From: Wolbachia endosymbiont of Onchocerca ochengi
GTDB taxonomy: Bacteria > Pseudomonadota > Alphaproteobacteria > Rickettsiales > Anaplasmataceae
Assembly: GCF_000306885.1 (NCBI RefSeq)
Contig: NC_018267.1
Coordinates: 330,001-362,000, forward strand
DNA length: 32,000 bases
Reading direction: 5' to 3'
Numbering within the stretch: the first letter of the stretch is position 1; each line of letters begins with the position of its first letter. Made by a program: the position numbers and the translations under genes. Below, one piece after another: positions 20,666 to 31,929 of this stretch. The notes beneath the pieces were generated by a model, which saw only the letters and a list, made by a program, of their open reading frames with translations, was not told the DNA's origin and made no database searches.

Positions 20666-21460
20666 TTAGTATAAGAACTGCTTATTAAAGATCCTTTCAT
20701 CTAATGAATAATCCTCGTCAAAAAGTAGAGTGATCGTGTTTTCATGGTCTTTCTGCACTTTTATTTGTGATACATTATGAAACTCTTTATAATCTGACAC
20801 TACAAGTACTGGACGATTTTCTACATCGTTAACGTCAACTTGTACTATTGCATCATTTGAAATTAATGCTCCGTTCCAATGTCTTGGATAGTAACTATTG
20901 ATAGAGGTTAATGCAAGTAAGTTTGAGTTTAGTGGTAAAATTGGTCCGCCAGCAGAGAAATTATATGCAGTGCTACCTGTTGGAGTAGACAATATTATTC
21001 CATCACCTCTAAATTTTTCTATTTTTAGCTTACCATTTACAGTAATATTCATTTCTACCATTTGGTTTGCTTTTCTAAAGACATATACTTCATTCACTGC
21101 TATACAACGGTAACTATTACCACTTATATCTATGGCTTCCATTTTTAGCAAAGTTAATTGAGCTGAAGTTGCGTACTCTATATGACCAATTAAATCTTCA
21201 ATGTAACTAAAACACTTATTCATTAAAAACCCGACATTGCCAGTATTTGTCCCGTACACATGCACACTCTTATTTTCTATAACGTAATTATGTAAGGTAC
21301 GTAGCATAAAACCATCACCACCAACAACTATCAGTAAATCAACTTCAAACTTACTTTTTTCTGTTATATTGACAAAATCAAGCTTCTGTAATAGTTTAGA
21401 TACTTTTTGTGATTTTGGCGATAGAGAAGCAATATAGCCTATATTTTTGTATCTATGCAT
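20666..21460 (-). CDS. nadK: NAD kinase
   Basis: LLIVVGGDGFMLRTLH, GTNTGNVGFLMN, DGIILSTPTGSTAYNFSAGGPIL, NSYYPRHWNGALI. Confidence 0.93.
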   Translation of the reverse strand: MHRYKNIGYIASLSPKSQKVSKLLQKLDFVNITEKSKFEVDLLIVVGGDGFMLRTLHNYVIENKSVHVYGTNTGNVGFLMNKCFSYIEDLIGHIEYATSAQLTLLKMEAIDISGNSYRCIAVNEVYVFRKANQMVEMNITVNGKLKIEKFRGDGIILSTPTGSTAYNFSAGGPILPLNSNLLALTSINSYYPRHWNGALISNDAIVQVDVNDVENRPVLVVSDYKEFHNVSQIKVQKDHENTITLLFDEDYSLDERIFNKQFLY

Positions 21461-21492
21461 GCTTCAGTCAATCCTCCAAAACAGGGAGAAAA

Positions 21493-21705
21493 TTAAAAAA
21501 TATCTCCATATTTATCGTTAAACCTAGCTATTTTGCTAGTTTTACTTGCCGATCCGCTTGCTAAACTTTTAGTCCATGCAGGGTGGGTTAGAGGATCTCT
21601 ATCGAGTCTTATCTTATCACCTTCCTTCCCATAAGTGGAACGAGTTTCAAATTCTTGACCGTCTGTTGTAACTATAGTAACTTTATGATAATCAATTTCC
21701 ATCAT
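21493..21705 (-). CDS. rpmE: 50S ribosomal protein L31
   Basis: HKVTIVTTDGQEFETRSTYGKEGDKIRLDRDPLTHPAWTK...KIARFNDKYG matches the alphaproteobacterial L31 pattern. Confidence 0.88.
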   Translation of the reverse strand: MMEIDYHKVTIVTTDGQEFETRSTYGKEGDKIRLDRDPLTHPAWTKSLASGSASKTSKIARFNDKYGDIF

Positions 21706-21833
21706 TGTGCTTACAAGTTTTCAGCTTGTTAATATTCTAGTGAATTTAATTCACTAAGTCAATTATTATTTTAATAATATTGACAAAAACCAAACAATAT
21801 AGTCTTCTTGATGAAAAATAAATAATAATTACT

Positions 21834-22811
21834 ATGATTTTTGCCTTCCCCGGTCAGGGCTCTCAATTTATAGGAATGGGAAAGAGCTTATATAGTCGAT
21901 TTCCCGTTGCAAGACAGGTATTTAATGAAGTAGATAATATACTAAACAAAAAGTTATCTAGTTTAATTTTTAATGGCCCTATTGAAGAATTAACCATTAC
22001 AGAAAATGCTCAACCGGCTATAATGGCAGTGTCAATTGCAACATTACGTACTATGGAATACGTTCTTGGTAGGTCTCTCTTCTCTAGTCACGATGCTAAA
22101 TATATTTGTGGACATTCAGTCGGCGAGTACACAGCATTATGTGCTGCAGGTGCATTGACTCTCGAGTCTGCAATCAAGTTGCTTAAAGTCCGTAGCAAAG
22201 CAATGCACAATGCTTCATTGAAATGCCAAGGAGGAATGGTTGCATTATTAGGTGCAGAAATAAATGAAATAGAAGATATATTAAAATCAGCCCAAATTGA
22301 CGGAATCTGTGAAATTGCTAATGATAATGGTGGTAGACAAGTAGTAGTGAGTGGCACTACAGAAGCTCTTAAAATATTACCTGATTTGTTTAAAAATACA
22401 AGTGTAAAGAAATTAATTAAATTACAAGTTAGTGGGCCTTTTCATTCATCTCTTATGAAACCTGCTAATGAAAAATTTTTAAAATTTTTAAAGAACGTCA
22501 AAATAACTCGGCCTTTAATTCCCTTTGTATCAAATGTCACAGCTAAAGAAGAGAGTAATCCCAAAGATATAAAAGTTTTACTTGCTAAACAAATAATAAG
22601 TAAAGTGAGATGGAAAGAGATGATTTTATACATGTCAAGCCAAGGCATCAACAAATTCATTGAAATTGGACCCAATAAGGTTTTATCTAATTTAGTGAAA
22701 AGGATTGATCAATCTATCAACACAAAAAATATAAATAGTATTGATGATATTAACAGGTTTTTCGATAGGTCACTATTAACAGATGAAAATTTAGAAATTA
22801 GTTTAAGTTAA
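21834..22811 (+). CDS. fabD: Malonyl-CoA:ACP transacylase
   Basis: MIFAFPGQGSQFIGMGK, GHSVGEYTALCAAGALTLESAIKLLKVRSKAM, SGPFHSSLM, EIGPNKVLSNLVKR. Confidence 0.95.
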   Translation: MIFAFPGQGSQFIGMGKSLYSRFPVARQVFNEVDNILNKKLSSLIFNGPIEELTITENAQPAIMAVSIATLRTMEYVLGRSLFSSHDAKYICGHSVGEYTALCAAGALTLESAIKLLKVRSKAMHNASLKCQGGMVALLGAEINEIEDILKSAQIDGICEIANDNGGRQVVVSGTTEALKILPDLFKNTSVKKLIKLQVSGPFHSSLMKPANEKFLKFLKNVKITRPLIPFVSNVTAKEESNPKDIKVLLAKQIISKVRWKEMILYMSSQGINKFIEIGPNKVLSNLVKRIDQSINTKNINSIDDINRFFDRSLLTDENLEISLS

Positions 22812-22851
22812 ACCTCATTTTAGTTAAAATAACAGAGAATGATATAAAAAA

Positions 22852-24357
22852 TTATACAATCAACGAATTTCCTGTCATTTTATCTGTTTTTTTTATCCCA
22901 AGTAGCTGTAAAACAGTAGGAGCGATATCGGATAATCGACCATCTTTCAGCATTAGGTTGCTGCGAGAATCAGAGCACACAATAAATGGAACTCTATTTA
23001 GGGTGTGTGCTGTATGAGGTGTATTGTTCTCTTCATCAAATATACACTCAACATTACCGTGATCTGCTGTAATAATAAGCACAGTATTACCTACTTTTTT
23101 AACAGTATTGAGTACTCTTGCAAGGCAATTGTCTACTGCTAGGACAGCCCTTTCAGCTGCCTTCATATTGCCTGTATGTCCTATCATATCAGGATTAGCA
23201 TAATTTACAACTATTAGTGCAAATTCTTGAGAATGAATTTTCTCTACAAGTTTTTCTGTAAGCTGAAAAGCTGACATTTCAGGCTGCGAATCATAAGTTC
23301 TAACTTTTGGTGAAGGGATGAGAATTCTTTCTTCACCAGGAAAAGGTTTTTCTTTCCTACAATTAAAGAAGAAAGTTACATGAGCATATTTCTCAGTTTC
23401 AGCAATACGTAATTGTCGCAATTTATTATCTTCTATTATTTGTCCTAAAGTATCAGTAAAAGATGTAGTAGGGAAAAGACAAGGAATCTGAAAATCTTCT
23501 TTATATTCCATCATACTTAAAATAGAAGAGAATTTTGCTACTTTGCTGTAACCCGTTTTACCAAGTAAAATACTTGCTAACTGTATCATTCGATCAGCAC
23601 GAAAGTTAGCCATTAACACTCCATCCTCTAGCTTTATACCTTGATAACCACCTATCACTGTAGGTTTAATAAACTCATCAGCTATGCTGCTTTGGTAGTT
23701 ATTATCAATCAACGATATCACATCATTATGACGCGGTGCCTTTGTAAATGCGATAGCTTCATAAGCTTCAACTGTCCTTTCCCACCTATTGTCACGGTCC
23801 ATAGCATAATAACGCCCAGAGATAGTAGCAATTTCTATATCATAGCCTTTTACACTTTCTTCAAATTCTTGAATGCATTTTTTCCCTGAATTTGGCAGCG
23901 TATCTCTGCCATCTAGAAATGCATGTATCATCACTTTGATTCTATATTGCGATATTTTACTGGCTAAAGCTGCAATGTGGTTTTGATGTGAATGGACACC
24001 ACCATCTGACACCAATCCCATTATGTGACACACACCATTCTTATCTTTTAGGCTATTAATAAAGTTTTGCAGATTTACATTGCTTTCTATTGTCCCAATT
24101 TCTTGATTAATACGCTGTAGGCTTTGTATCTCCATTCTGCCACCGCCAATGTTTATATGACCAACTTCTGAGTTACCTATTTGGCCATCTGGTAACCCAA
24201 CGTCAATTCCACAGGCAGATAAACTGCATTTCGGATAATTAGAGCTAATATGTTGCCAACAGGGTGGGTTAGCATTGCTAATAGCATTATGTTTGCTATT
24301 CTCTATTCCATTCCCCCAGCCATCCAATATACATAAAACGACTGATTTAAAGTTCAT
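22852..24357 (-). CDS. gpmI: 2,3-bisphosphoglycerate-independent phosphoglycerate mutase
   Basis: 501 aa; [62 protein letters not shown]. Confidence 0.95.
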   Translation of the reverse strand: MNFKSVVLCILDGWGNGIENSKHNAISNANPPCWQHISSNYPKCSLSACGIDVGLPDGQIGNSEVGHINIGGGRMEIQSLQRINQEIGTIESNVNLQNFINSLKDKNGVCHIMGLVSDGGVHSHQNHIAALASKISQYRIKVMIHAFLDGRDTLPNSGKKCIQEFEESVKGYDIEIATISGRYYAMDRDNRWERTVEAYEAIAFTKAPRHNDVISLIDNNYQSSIADEFIKPTVIGGYQGIKLEDGVLMANFRADRMIQLASILLGKTGYSKVAKFSSILSMMEYKEDFQIPCLFPTTSFTDTLGQIIEDNKLRQLRIAETEKYAHVTFFFNCRKEKPFPGEERILIPSPKVRTYDSQPEMSAFQLTEKLVEKIHSQEFALIVVNYANPDMIGHTGNMKAAERAVLAVDNCLARVLNTVKKVGNTVLIITADHGNVECIFDEENNTPHTAHTLNRVPFIVCSDSRSNLMLKDGRLSDIAPTVLQLLGIKKTDKMTGNSLIV

Positions 24358-25572
24358 ACAAAATTATCACATTAATAACGGAATCCTATAAATATAATGT
24401 TCTCTAATAATACTAAAAACAAACTCTCTTAACAACCTCTACATTTATGATATCAAATCTCTCATATAAAACCGTATAACAAATTTCTAGTAGAATACCC
24501 AAGCATACGCAAACCTTCAGAAACGAAAAACTCGAAAAATTACTTAACAAACTTTTACTATCCCCTTACCTTAACTCTAGATTGTTTTATTACCTTCAAT
24601 CTATACAAATTAAGCAACGAAAGTACTACGGCAGCCTGCTTCTTATGTCTAATTTTTCGCGTTACATGTACCTCATGTTTTACAACATTTCCAGGTTGTT
24701 TTTACCCATGTAAGCTAGAAGCGCTTACAAAGCGTCCAAGACAATAAGAGCATCAGTTTATATGGTGTTAGATAGAGATAGTGAATAACTAGCTGCCATG
24801 AAACCTCTTTTGCTCTTTCTTCTACTTAGTAAATTTTTAAACCTCTATAACTAATCGAATTAAAAAACAACTGAATTACGGTTATTAAATGCTTAAAACA
24901 TAAAAAAACACTAATGTTTTTGAATAGATATTAATTAAAACCTTTTCTACCTTTTCTTGCACAGTACAGATTCTTCAACATTTAAGCTAAAGATTAGTTG
25001 CAATTCCTTAATTTACGATATAGCAATCACCCCCAATTAATACACAGAAAATTATGTAAAAGCTTGTGAAGTCTCTTGTTCTGTAACCTTGACAATTGTT
25101 ATCCATATGAATGGTTAAAAAACTACAAAAGTCCAGCGCAGCCATATTTCTTGATAAACAGAATCATGAGGTTATACCTGTACTTTTATTAGGAATAATT
25201 CATACATAAGTACACTGACAGAAGTAAGCAACATAGCTACTAAAATTATAATAAAGAATATGTATTATTATGGTTAACAAATTAAATTTTATAGATCATT
25301 GAGAAAACTGGATAACCACTACTGTAAAAGCCATAAACGCTAAACTTAAAAATATTATTTTCATTATCTGTTGCATCAGCTTTTCACAATTTACTTAATA
25401 TAATAATAATTTATCTTATAAATATAAACACTATACTAATGATAGTATCTTACTAAATTCTAGCATTTTTATATAGTTGACTATATTAAGTATTTTGATA
25501 TCATATATTTCACCATACTTAAATGAGAAAGTTATCTTCACTTTCCTACACAAAAGCTTTCAATAAAGTGCT

Positions 25573-26547
25573 ATGACACACATACCGGTTTTACTAAAAG
25601 AAATGCTATCGCAACTTTCACCACAAAATGGTAGTGTATATGTGGATGCCACATTTGGAGCTGGAGGATATAGTAAAGCAATATTGGAGTCAGCTGATTG
25701 CAGAGTGTATGCAATCGACAGAGATGAAACGGTTATTAAATTTTATAATAGTTTGAATACCAAGTACCACGGTAAAATAAAACTATTTATTGAAAAGTTT
25801 AGCAATATTCAAACTATACTAAACAGTAGTAATCTCAAACACTTTACAGAACCTTCCGTCATTGTTTCAGCTGGAATTCAGAAAAAAAATGCAAGGTCAA
25901 GCACCGAGATGATACAAAGTAATACCGTAGATGGAGTTGTGTTCGATATAGGAGTATCGTCTATGCAGCTTGATGAAGAAAATAGAGGATTTTCATTTTT
26001 ACATAACAGTCCGCTTGATATGCGCATGGATACCTCTTCTCACATTAACGCTTCAATATTTGTTAATGCCTTACGCGAAGAAGAAATTGCAAACACTATA
26101 TATAGCTATGGAGGTGAACGTTATTCTCGCAAAATTGCAAGAGCAATAGTGAACGTACGTAAGAAAAAAACTATCGACACTACATTTGAGCTTGCAGACA
26201 TTGTACGTTCCGTGGTATCTCGCGGAAAAAGCAAGATTGATCCTGCAACTAGGACATTTCAAGCAATCAGAATATGGGTAAACGATGAGCTTAGAGAGCT
26301 TGAAAAGGGTATTAAAGCTGCATCCAAAATCTTAAATAGGAATGGCAAGCTGATTGTCATTACTTTTCATTCCTTGGAAGATCGTATAGTCAAGACCTTT
26401 TTTAAAGGCTTATGTGAGCCAAAATTCACCAACTGTAGAACGTTTTCTCTTCTGAATAAAAAAGTAATCAAGGCAAGCGCAGAAGAAATAAGTGCAAATC
26501 CACGTGCGCGTTCAGCAAAACTAAGAGCTATACAAAGGTTATTATGA
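25573..26547 (+). CDS. rsmH: 16S rRNA m4C1402 methyltransferase
   Basis: MTHIPVLLKEMLSQL, YVDATFGAGGYSKAIL, VFDIGVSSMQLDEENRGFSF, DMRMD, QAIRIWVNDELRELE, VITFHSLEDRIVK, RSAKLRAIQR. Confidence 0.95.
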   Translation: MTHIPVLLKEMLSQLSPQNGSVYVDATFGAGGYSKAILESADCRVYAIDRDETVIKFYNSLNTKYHGKIKLFIEKFSNIQTILNSSNLKHFTEPSVIVSAGIQKKNARSSTEMIQSNTVDGVVFDIGVSSMQLDEENRGFSFLHNSPLDMRMDTSSHINASIFVNALREEEIANTIYSYGGERYSRKIARAIVNVRKKKTIDTTFELADIVRSVVSRGKSKIDPATRTFQAIRIWVNDELRELEKGIKAASKILNRNGKLIVITFHSLEDRIVKTFFKGLCEPKFTNCRTFSLLNKKVIKASAEEISANPRARSAKLRAIQRLL

Positions 26548-27589
26548 AAACTTTCTATATTACCCTCAATAGTGATACTTTTTCAATGTTATAAAACTAT
26601 TTAAAGTAAAACTACACGTCTAATTATTAAACAAGGATCTAACAGAAACAAAATATGAAACTAACTTAATGCAAAGCAATATAAAAGTCTTATAAGCAAA
26701 ATGTAATTATTTAAGTAATATCCATTAAGAGACATTTAAAAAGCAATTCTTTGATATTAATTAGTTAAGTTAAAAATTTTAATTTTTTTTAAATTGTACT
26801 GTGTTAGAGCACAATTTTAAAAAAGCGATTGAAGATTCTACAATAAAGCTATAGTCAAATATAGGATAAGTCTTCTAGTATAGTTTTAGTTTTTCTATAT
26901 CTTTTATCTTTTTTTCTGCATTTGATTATAGGCCAAAAATAAAAAACAACTCCAGAAGTGTTAAGTTTAAAGCTAAATACAAGAAACTTTGTATTTACCG
27001 TGTAGCTCTTCGTTTTGTTAACAAACATATTTATTACAGTGTGGACATTTTTGTATTTTACGTTAAGGTCTGCTTCTTATTTCTATTAACAGCTGAGCTG
27101 TATCAAAAAACTCTTTTAAACGGCAAGACGTAGAAGTGTATGCCTCCGTTGCTCATAGATATTCATATTGAGTCCAACTTCCAATAATATTCTTACAATT
27201 TTTATATGAACTTTTTTTTAAAAGCTAGTAGCAAAGGAGTTCTGTTACATTTAGTTACAACATTAACATTCACTTTAAGTTTAAATAAGAGCCTAACTAC
27301 TTTAGTGTCATTATTATAATTAGCTTTATGTAACTGAGCATATACCATCAAAATCTTGATCGTTTGTTTCTATTTCCTTTAAAACAAAAAATACTACCAT
27401 TTTCTACTATTAAGATCAATAGTATATCTAATGAATCAAAACCACAGTTATTTTCTGCACAGATAAATCTTTTTAAGTTAGTTTTTGCTTGCTGTTTTTT
27501 TACAATAAGTCTCGTTATTTGCACTTTATTATCATATCCTGCTAGAAAAGGTTAAGATATTATTTTTTCATCTTTTGCTCCCTACATTT

Positions 27590-28100
27590 TTGTAACCTTT
27601 TCTTTAACATCTCTTTCATTAATTTCTACGCCTTTTAAGATTAGGAAATTTATTAATTCCTTATCGTCTTACAACGTAGCAAGGCACGGTAGAACAAACC
27701 CGTTTCTATTTTTGAAATTAATTACTAATTAATCAACAAGAGATTTAGTGTTTTCTTACACTCATACATAATAGCATAATACAGTCGACTCTTATTTTCA
27801 CTACCTACATAAAATCACCTTCATATGCTCTAGCAATGACTTCACTCTAACCATATCACCTTCTTTTGTAAAAATCTATGAAAAAAGCGACTTCATTTGT
27901 ACCTTTTGAATTAATATCAAATCCACTTTCGACTAATTGATTTTATGTTTTCCTATGTGCATACCATCTGAATTAAACCACTTTAGTATCAACAATACTC
28001 CACTTAGATTAAGTTTAAGTAAATCAGTGAGAAAAATGTAGCATACTAAAGCATCACCACGGTTGTACGAGTACCCTTCATTAAAGAATAGTATCCCTCC
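27590..28100 (-). pseudogene. Decayed probable ankyrin-repeat protein gene
   Basis: Minus-strand stitched reading: FNEGYSYNRGD...; LTDLLKLNLSGVLLILKWFNSDGMHIGKHKINQLVESGFDINSKGTNEVAFFIDFYK; EGDMVRVKSLLEHMK; SENKSRLYYAIMYECKKTLNLLL..; NRNGFVLPCLATL*DDKELINFLILKGVEINERD. These resemble degenerate ankyrin repeats. Confidence 0.5.
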
Positions 28101-28235
28101 AAGCCATAGCTTGCATGAATATTGCTACAAAATTTAACAAAATATCATGAAAGTAGCTGATGCTTATATTTTATTACAACACTAGACAATTCAAAATTAA
28201 AAAAGCAGAGTTAAAATTATTTCAAATTTAATAAT

Positions 28236-29640
28236 TCTCTAAAATCAATTGTGTCAGGAAACAACCGCTATCTATAACATAATCACTTATACCATTAATG
28301 TAAACAAGAACTAGGCAACATTGAAAATACCTTTTGAGCATTTTAATTCATCTATCTTCTCTTACACCTCTTACATCACTAAACAGTCAGTTTTATTTTT
28401 TAAAATTTGGTTTGAACCACATATAATCAATTTGACACTTCGGTACCTGTCTTTCTTCAACAAAAGAAATTTTTTCCTTATTTTCCATCAATTCCCAATA
28501 TATTATAATATGTGCTCTTTCTATTGCTAAGCCCGCCAAGAAGCTCTCAAACTAAAGTCTGGTGGCTGTATATACCTTCAATAGGAGGTAAATAATCTAA
28601 TAAAATAGGTACAAGGTTAATTTTCCTTAGATTTTTTTTTAAATATATTTTAGATTAAGTTTTAAATGATTATCTTTAAGTTTGTACCTCTTCAATCATG
28701 AATCAGCACCAACCTTCATACTCTAAGTGTAATCCTTTGCAACAAAACCAGCAAGCTCAAGCTTATGTAGATACTTAGAAATGTATCCATATCTTGTAAT
28801 ATCTAAAGCAGCACAAATTTTTTCCTGTTCTTCAGCCCAAGGTAAAAGATTTCTGAGCATTTGCTTATAAAAAACTGTTTTCACATGAAAAAACCCGAGA
28901 ATATTTGATTAAATTTCTCAACTAAAAGTCTATCTCTTGTAAAATAAAGGTTTTCGATATCTTTCCTCAGAACTATATTTAAAACATACCCCTTCTAACC
29001 ACTTCAGAATTCTGCCGATTACTATAAATGCCTTAAATTTTCCACATGCTGAAATATTTTCAGTCAAAATTTACTGCAACTAGAAAGTGATAAACTCCTC
29101 AAACGTTAAAATTAATCATACTCTTCCCTACGAAATCAGCACTACTGAATATATTCTTTTCAATACAAGATGATGCAGATCCATAAACAACAAAAATTAG
29201 CTTATTTATTTTTCAGCTGTGTATTTCAAAAATACTTCATTCTTCTTTAAAAAGTTAAATTTTAAAAAAAAGACCATGAAAAACTTCACTAAAATAGTAT
29301 AATAACATTATATCCAGCAATAGACACTTACAACTATTCATAGCAAATCACTTTAGTCACATACCCTGTAAAAGATACATTAAATTGTCTAGCAATTTAC
29401 TTGGAAAATTTATTATCTGATGAGATATCATAACATGCCATCCTAGTTCTGATGGCAAACCTATAATGAGTAACATTGTTCAAAATGCTTACTAAACTCT
29501 TAAAATAAACGACTTTTTTCTATACTATATCTTCTTCTTTGACTACTATAAAAGATATAGCATTCTTTTCTGCAAGCTCTAACAATTCCTTTAATTTAAC
29601 TTGTCTACTAACAACATAAAATACAAAATATAGATCTTTG
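28236..29640 (-). pseudogene. Decayed archaeal-type AAA ATPase with DUF234-like C-terminal region
   Basis: Minus-strand collinear fragments: RQVKLKELLELAEKNAISFIVVKEEDIV*KKSRLF*EFSKHFEQCYS; LFVVYGSASSCIEKNIFSSADFVGKSMINFNV; FYKQMLRNLLPWAEEQEKICAALDITRYGYISKYLHKLELAGFVAKDYT*; RYKLKDNHLKLNLKYI*KKSKEN; EERQVPKCQIDYMWF; EKIDELKCSKGIF; LVLVYINGISDYVIDSGCF. Order and motifs match this ATPase family. Confidence 0.8.
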
Positions 29641-29701
29641 TTTCCATAATACTAAAATATCAATATCATAGCTTTCTTCATAATAAATCCAGTTTTCACT
29701 A

Positions 29702-30376
29702 TTATTTATAATTCACCTTCACACAATATTGACCATCCCTAAAAAAAAATCTAACATTTTTCATTCCTTGATCACGAAGCTTCGATGCAACTGATTTAGC
29801 AGCTTGAATATTTTCAAAATATGCGATATATCCTTTACTTTCTACATTATCTTGTTTTGGGTGACGTTTTTGCATTTCTTTCTCATACTGCTTTCTATAA
29901 TGAGGAGTCTTTTGTACTAATCGTTCAGACATCTTTCTTAAATATTGAACTTTTACTTTTGTCAGTCCAGATTTATGAAATCCTAAAATTTTTGCTGCTT
30001 TTTCCGATAGATCTATTAACCTACCTTCAACAAAGGGCCCTCTATCGTTAACCCTTACAACAAGTTTTCTTCCATTTTTTAAGTTAGTAACAAGAATAAA
30101 ACATGGTAAAGGCAGAGTTCTATGCGCTGCAGAAATCAAGTGACGGTTAAATACTTCACCGTTTGCTGTAATTGTACTATGGCCTTCTATTCCGTACCAT
30201 GATGCTATCCCCACCTCTTCGTAATGGTTACAGTGTTTTGGATGATAAGTTACACCATTTATTGTGTAGCTATTACCGATTTTATAGTGACCTGCAGTGC
30301 TATTGCACCTGCTGCTAAGACCACAACTACTTACTAAAACAAATATTAGACACAGCAAAACTAGGTTTTTAATCAT
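29702..30376 (-). CDS. rlpA: RlpA-like septal ring lipoprotein / lytic transglycosylase with C-terminal SPOR domain
   Basis: Lipobox LVSSCG; GIASWYG...TANGEVFNRHLISAAHRTLPLP, VRVNDRGPFVEGRLIDLSEKAAKILG; C-terminal SPOR-like AYFENIQAAKSVASKLRDQGMKNVRFFFRDGQYCVKV. Confidence 0.92.
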   Translation of the reverse strand: MIKNLVLLCLIFVLVSSCGLSSRCNSTAGHYKIGNSYTINGVTYHPKHCNHYEEVGIASWYGIEGHSTITANGEVFNRHLISAAHRTLPLPCFILVTNLKNGRKLVVRVNDRGPFVEGRLIDLSEKAAKILGFHKSGLTKVKVQYLRKMSERLVQKTPHYRKQYEKEMQKRHPKQDNVESKGYIAYFENIQAAKSVASKLRDQGMKNVRFFFRDGQYCVKVNYK

Positions 30377-30461
30377 TACATTCAGTGAAAAGGCTTAATT
30401 ACTATAGTATTTTAAATTAAACTATAATAGATTTAGTAATAAGTAAACTTTTACATTAAAT

Positions 30462-31925
30462 ATGAACGATACTCGAAAAGAAACAATATACCTAATTGGC
30501 ATAGGAGGAATTGGAATGAGCGCAATCGCTGAAATCCTTCACAACTCCAACTATAAAGTTCAAGGCAGTGATGTACGATCAAACGCCAATGTAGATAGGT
30601 TACAAAAGTTAGGCATAGAGATCTATATTGGTCATAATGCTAATAATATCAAGCAAGCTCAAGTGGTCGTATATTCTTCTGCAATAAAATCTGATAATGT
30701 TGAATTAGTTACAGCAAAAGATACCAACAAAATCATTTTGCATAGGTCAGATATACTTGCTGAAATCATGAAAGATAAATATGTAATAGCAGTTTCAGGC
30801 TCAAGTGGAAAGACAACAACAACTGCTATGATTGCTTCCATTTTGGATTATTCCAGTGGACCACTTTCCGCTATCCAAATAGCTGATGCTAGTAGCAAAA
30901 AAAAAGATTTAGATTCTAGCGTCACGCTCCAGAATAACACCAACATAGGAATTGATGCAACCGTAATTGTAGGAGGCATATTAAACTCCTATCAGAGTAA
31001 CTTAAAACTTGGAAAGAGTGACATTTTTTTAATCGAAGCTGATGAGTCTGATGGAACTATGCTAAAAATTCCTGCAAATATTGCTGTCATAACGAGTATC
31101 AATAACGACCACATAGAATATTATAGAACATTTAGTAACCTCAAAAATGCATTTTTTCAGTTTACAAATGAAGCAGATTTTGCAATTCTACCTGATTCTG
31201 TAAGCATTGATCATGATGCAAGTAATTCTATAACGTTTGGGCTTGAAGGTGGTAATATTAAAGCTAGCAACATTAAGCAGTATGCTAACAGTATTAGTAT
31301 TAGTTTCGATGTGTTAGTTAATAATAACCATAGAATAAAAAATGTGGTACTATCAAATGCAATAGGAATGCATAAAATCAGTAACGCCTTAGCTGCAATA
31401 TCCACTGCGATAAAACTAGGAATCAGTGATAAAGAGATTAAAAAAGGTCTCTTGGAATTTAAAGGAGTAGCAAGAAGATTTTCTTTAATCGCTAACATCA
31501 AAGGCCTCAAATTAATTGAGGATTATGCGCATCATCCTAATGAAATACAAGCAACTCTGACAGCAGCGCGTTTAATCGCTAAAGAAAAAGTAATAGGAGT
31601 CATCGAGCTATTTCGTTTTGTTCGTATTCATAATTTTTTTGATGAATTTATACGGATTTTGATGATGTTTGACTATATCATCCTCACCCCTATCCATCCT
31701 CTAGAAGATAAACCCATTCCTGGTTGCAGGATCAACGATATACAAAAAGCTCTATTAAGTAACGGGTTTAATAGTGTAAAGACTGCGAATGATGCTTTGC
31801 TCATTTCACATCTTATTAGTAATTTGACAAATTCAGGCGATGTAGTACTATTTATTGGTCCTAGCAATAACATAGCTAAACTAGCAAGAGAAACTACAAC
31901 ACTCATGTCAAAAATAAAAGTTTAA
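30462..31925 (+). CDS. murC: UDP-N-acetylmuramate--L-alanine ligase
   Basis: [83 protein letters not shown]. Confidence 0.92.
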   Translation: MNDTRKETIYLIGIGGIGMSAIAEILHNSNYKVQGSDVRSNANVDRLQKLGIEIYIGHNANNIKQAQVVVYSSAIKSDNVELVTAKDTNKIILHRSDILAEIMKDKYVIAVSGSSGKTTTTAMIASILDYSSGPLSAIQIADASSKKKDLDSSVTLQNNTNIGIDATVIVGGILNSYQSNLKLGKSDIFLIEADESDGTMLKIPANIAVITSINNDHIEYYRTFSNLKNAFFQFTNEADFAILPDSVSIDHDASNSITFGLEGGNIKASNIKQYANSISISFDVLVNNNHRIKNVVLSNAIGMHKISNALAAISTAIKLGISDKEIKKGLLEFKGVARRFSLIANIKGLKLIEDYAHHPNEIQATLTAARLIAKEKVIGVIELFRFVRIHNFFDEFIRILMMFDYIILTPIHPLEDKPIPGCRINDIQKALLSNGFNSVKTANDALLISHLISNLTNSGDVVLFIGPSNNIAKLARETTTLMSKIKV

Positions 31926-31929
31926 TATA

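Noticed and set aside
22088-22675. Minus-strand ORFs of 89 and 77 aa
   Set aside because: Antisense shadows of fabD.
23641-23889. 82 aa plus-strand ORF
   Set aside because: Antisense shadow of gpmI.
28321-28530. 69 aa plus-strand ORF MKIPFEHFNSSIFSYTSYITKQ...
   Set aside because: The opposite strand of this DNA encodes the C-terminal part of the decayed ATPase.
29821-30051. 76 aa plus-strand ORF MRYILYFLHYLVLG...
   Set aside because: Antisense to rlpA, whose motifs and lipobox are clear.
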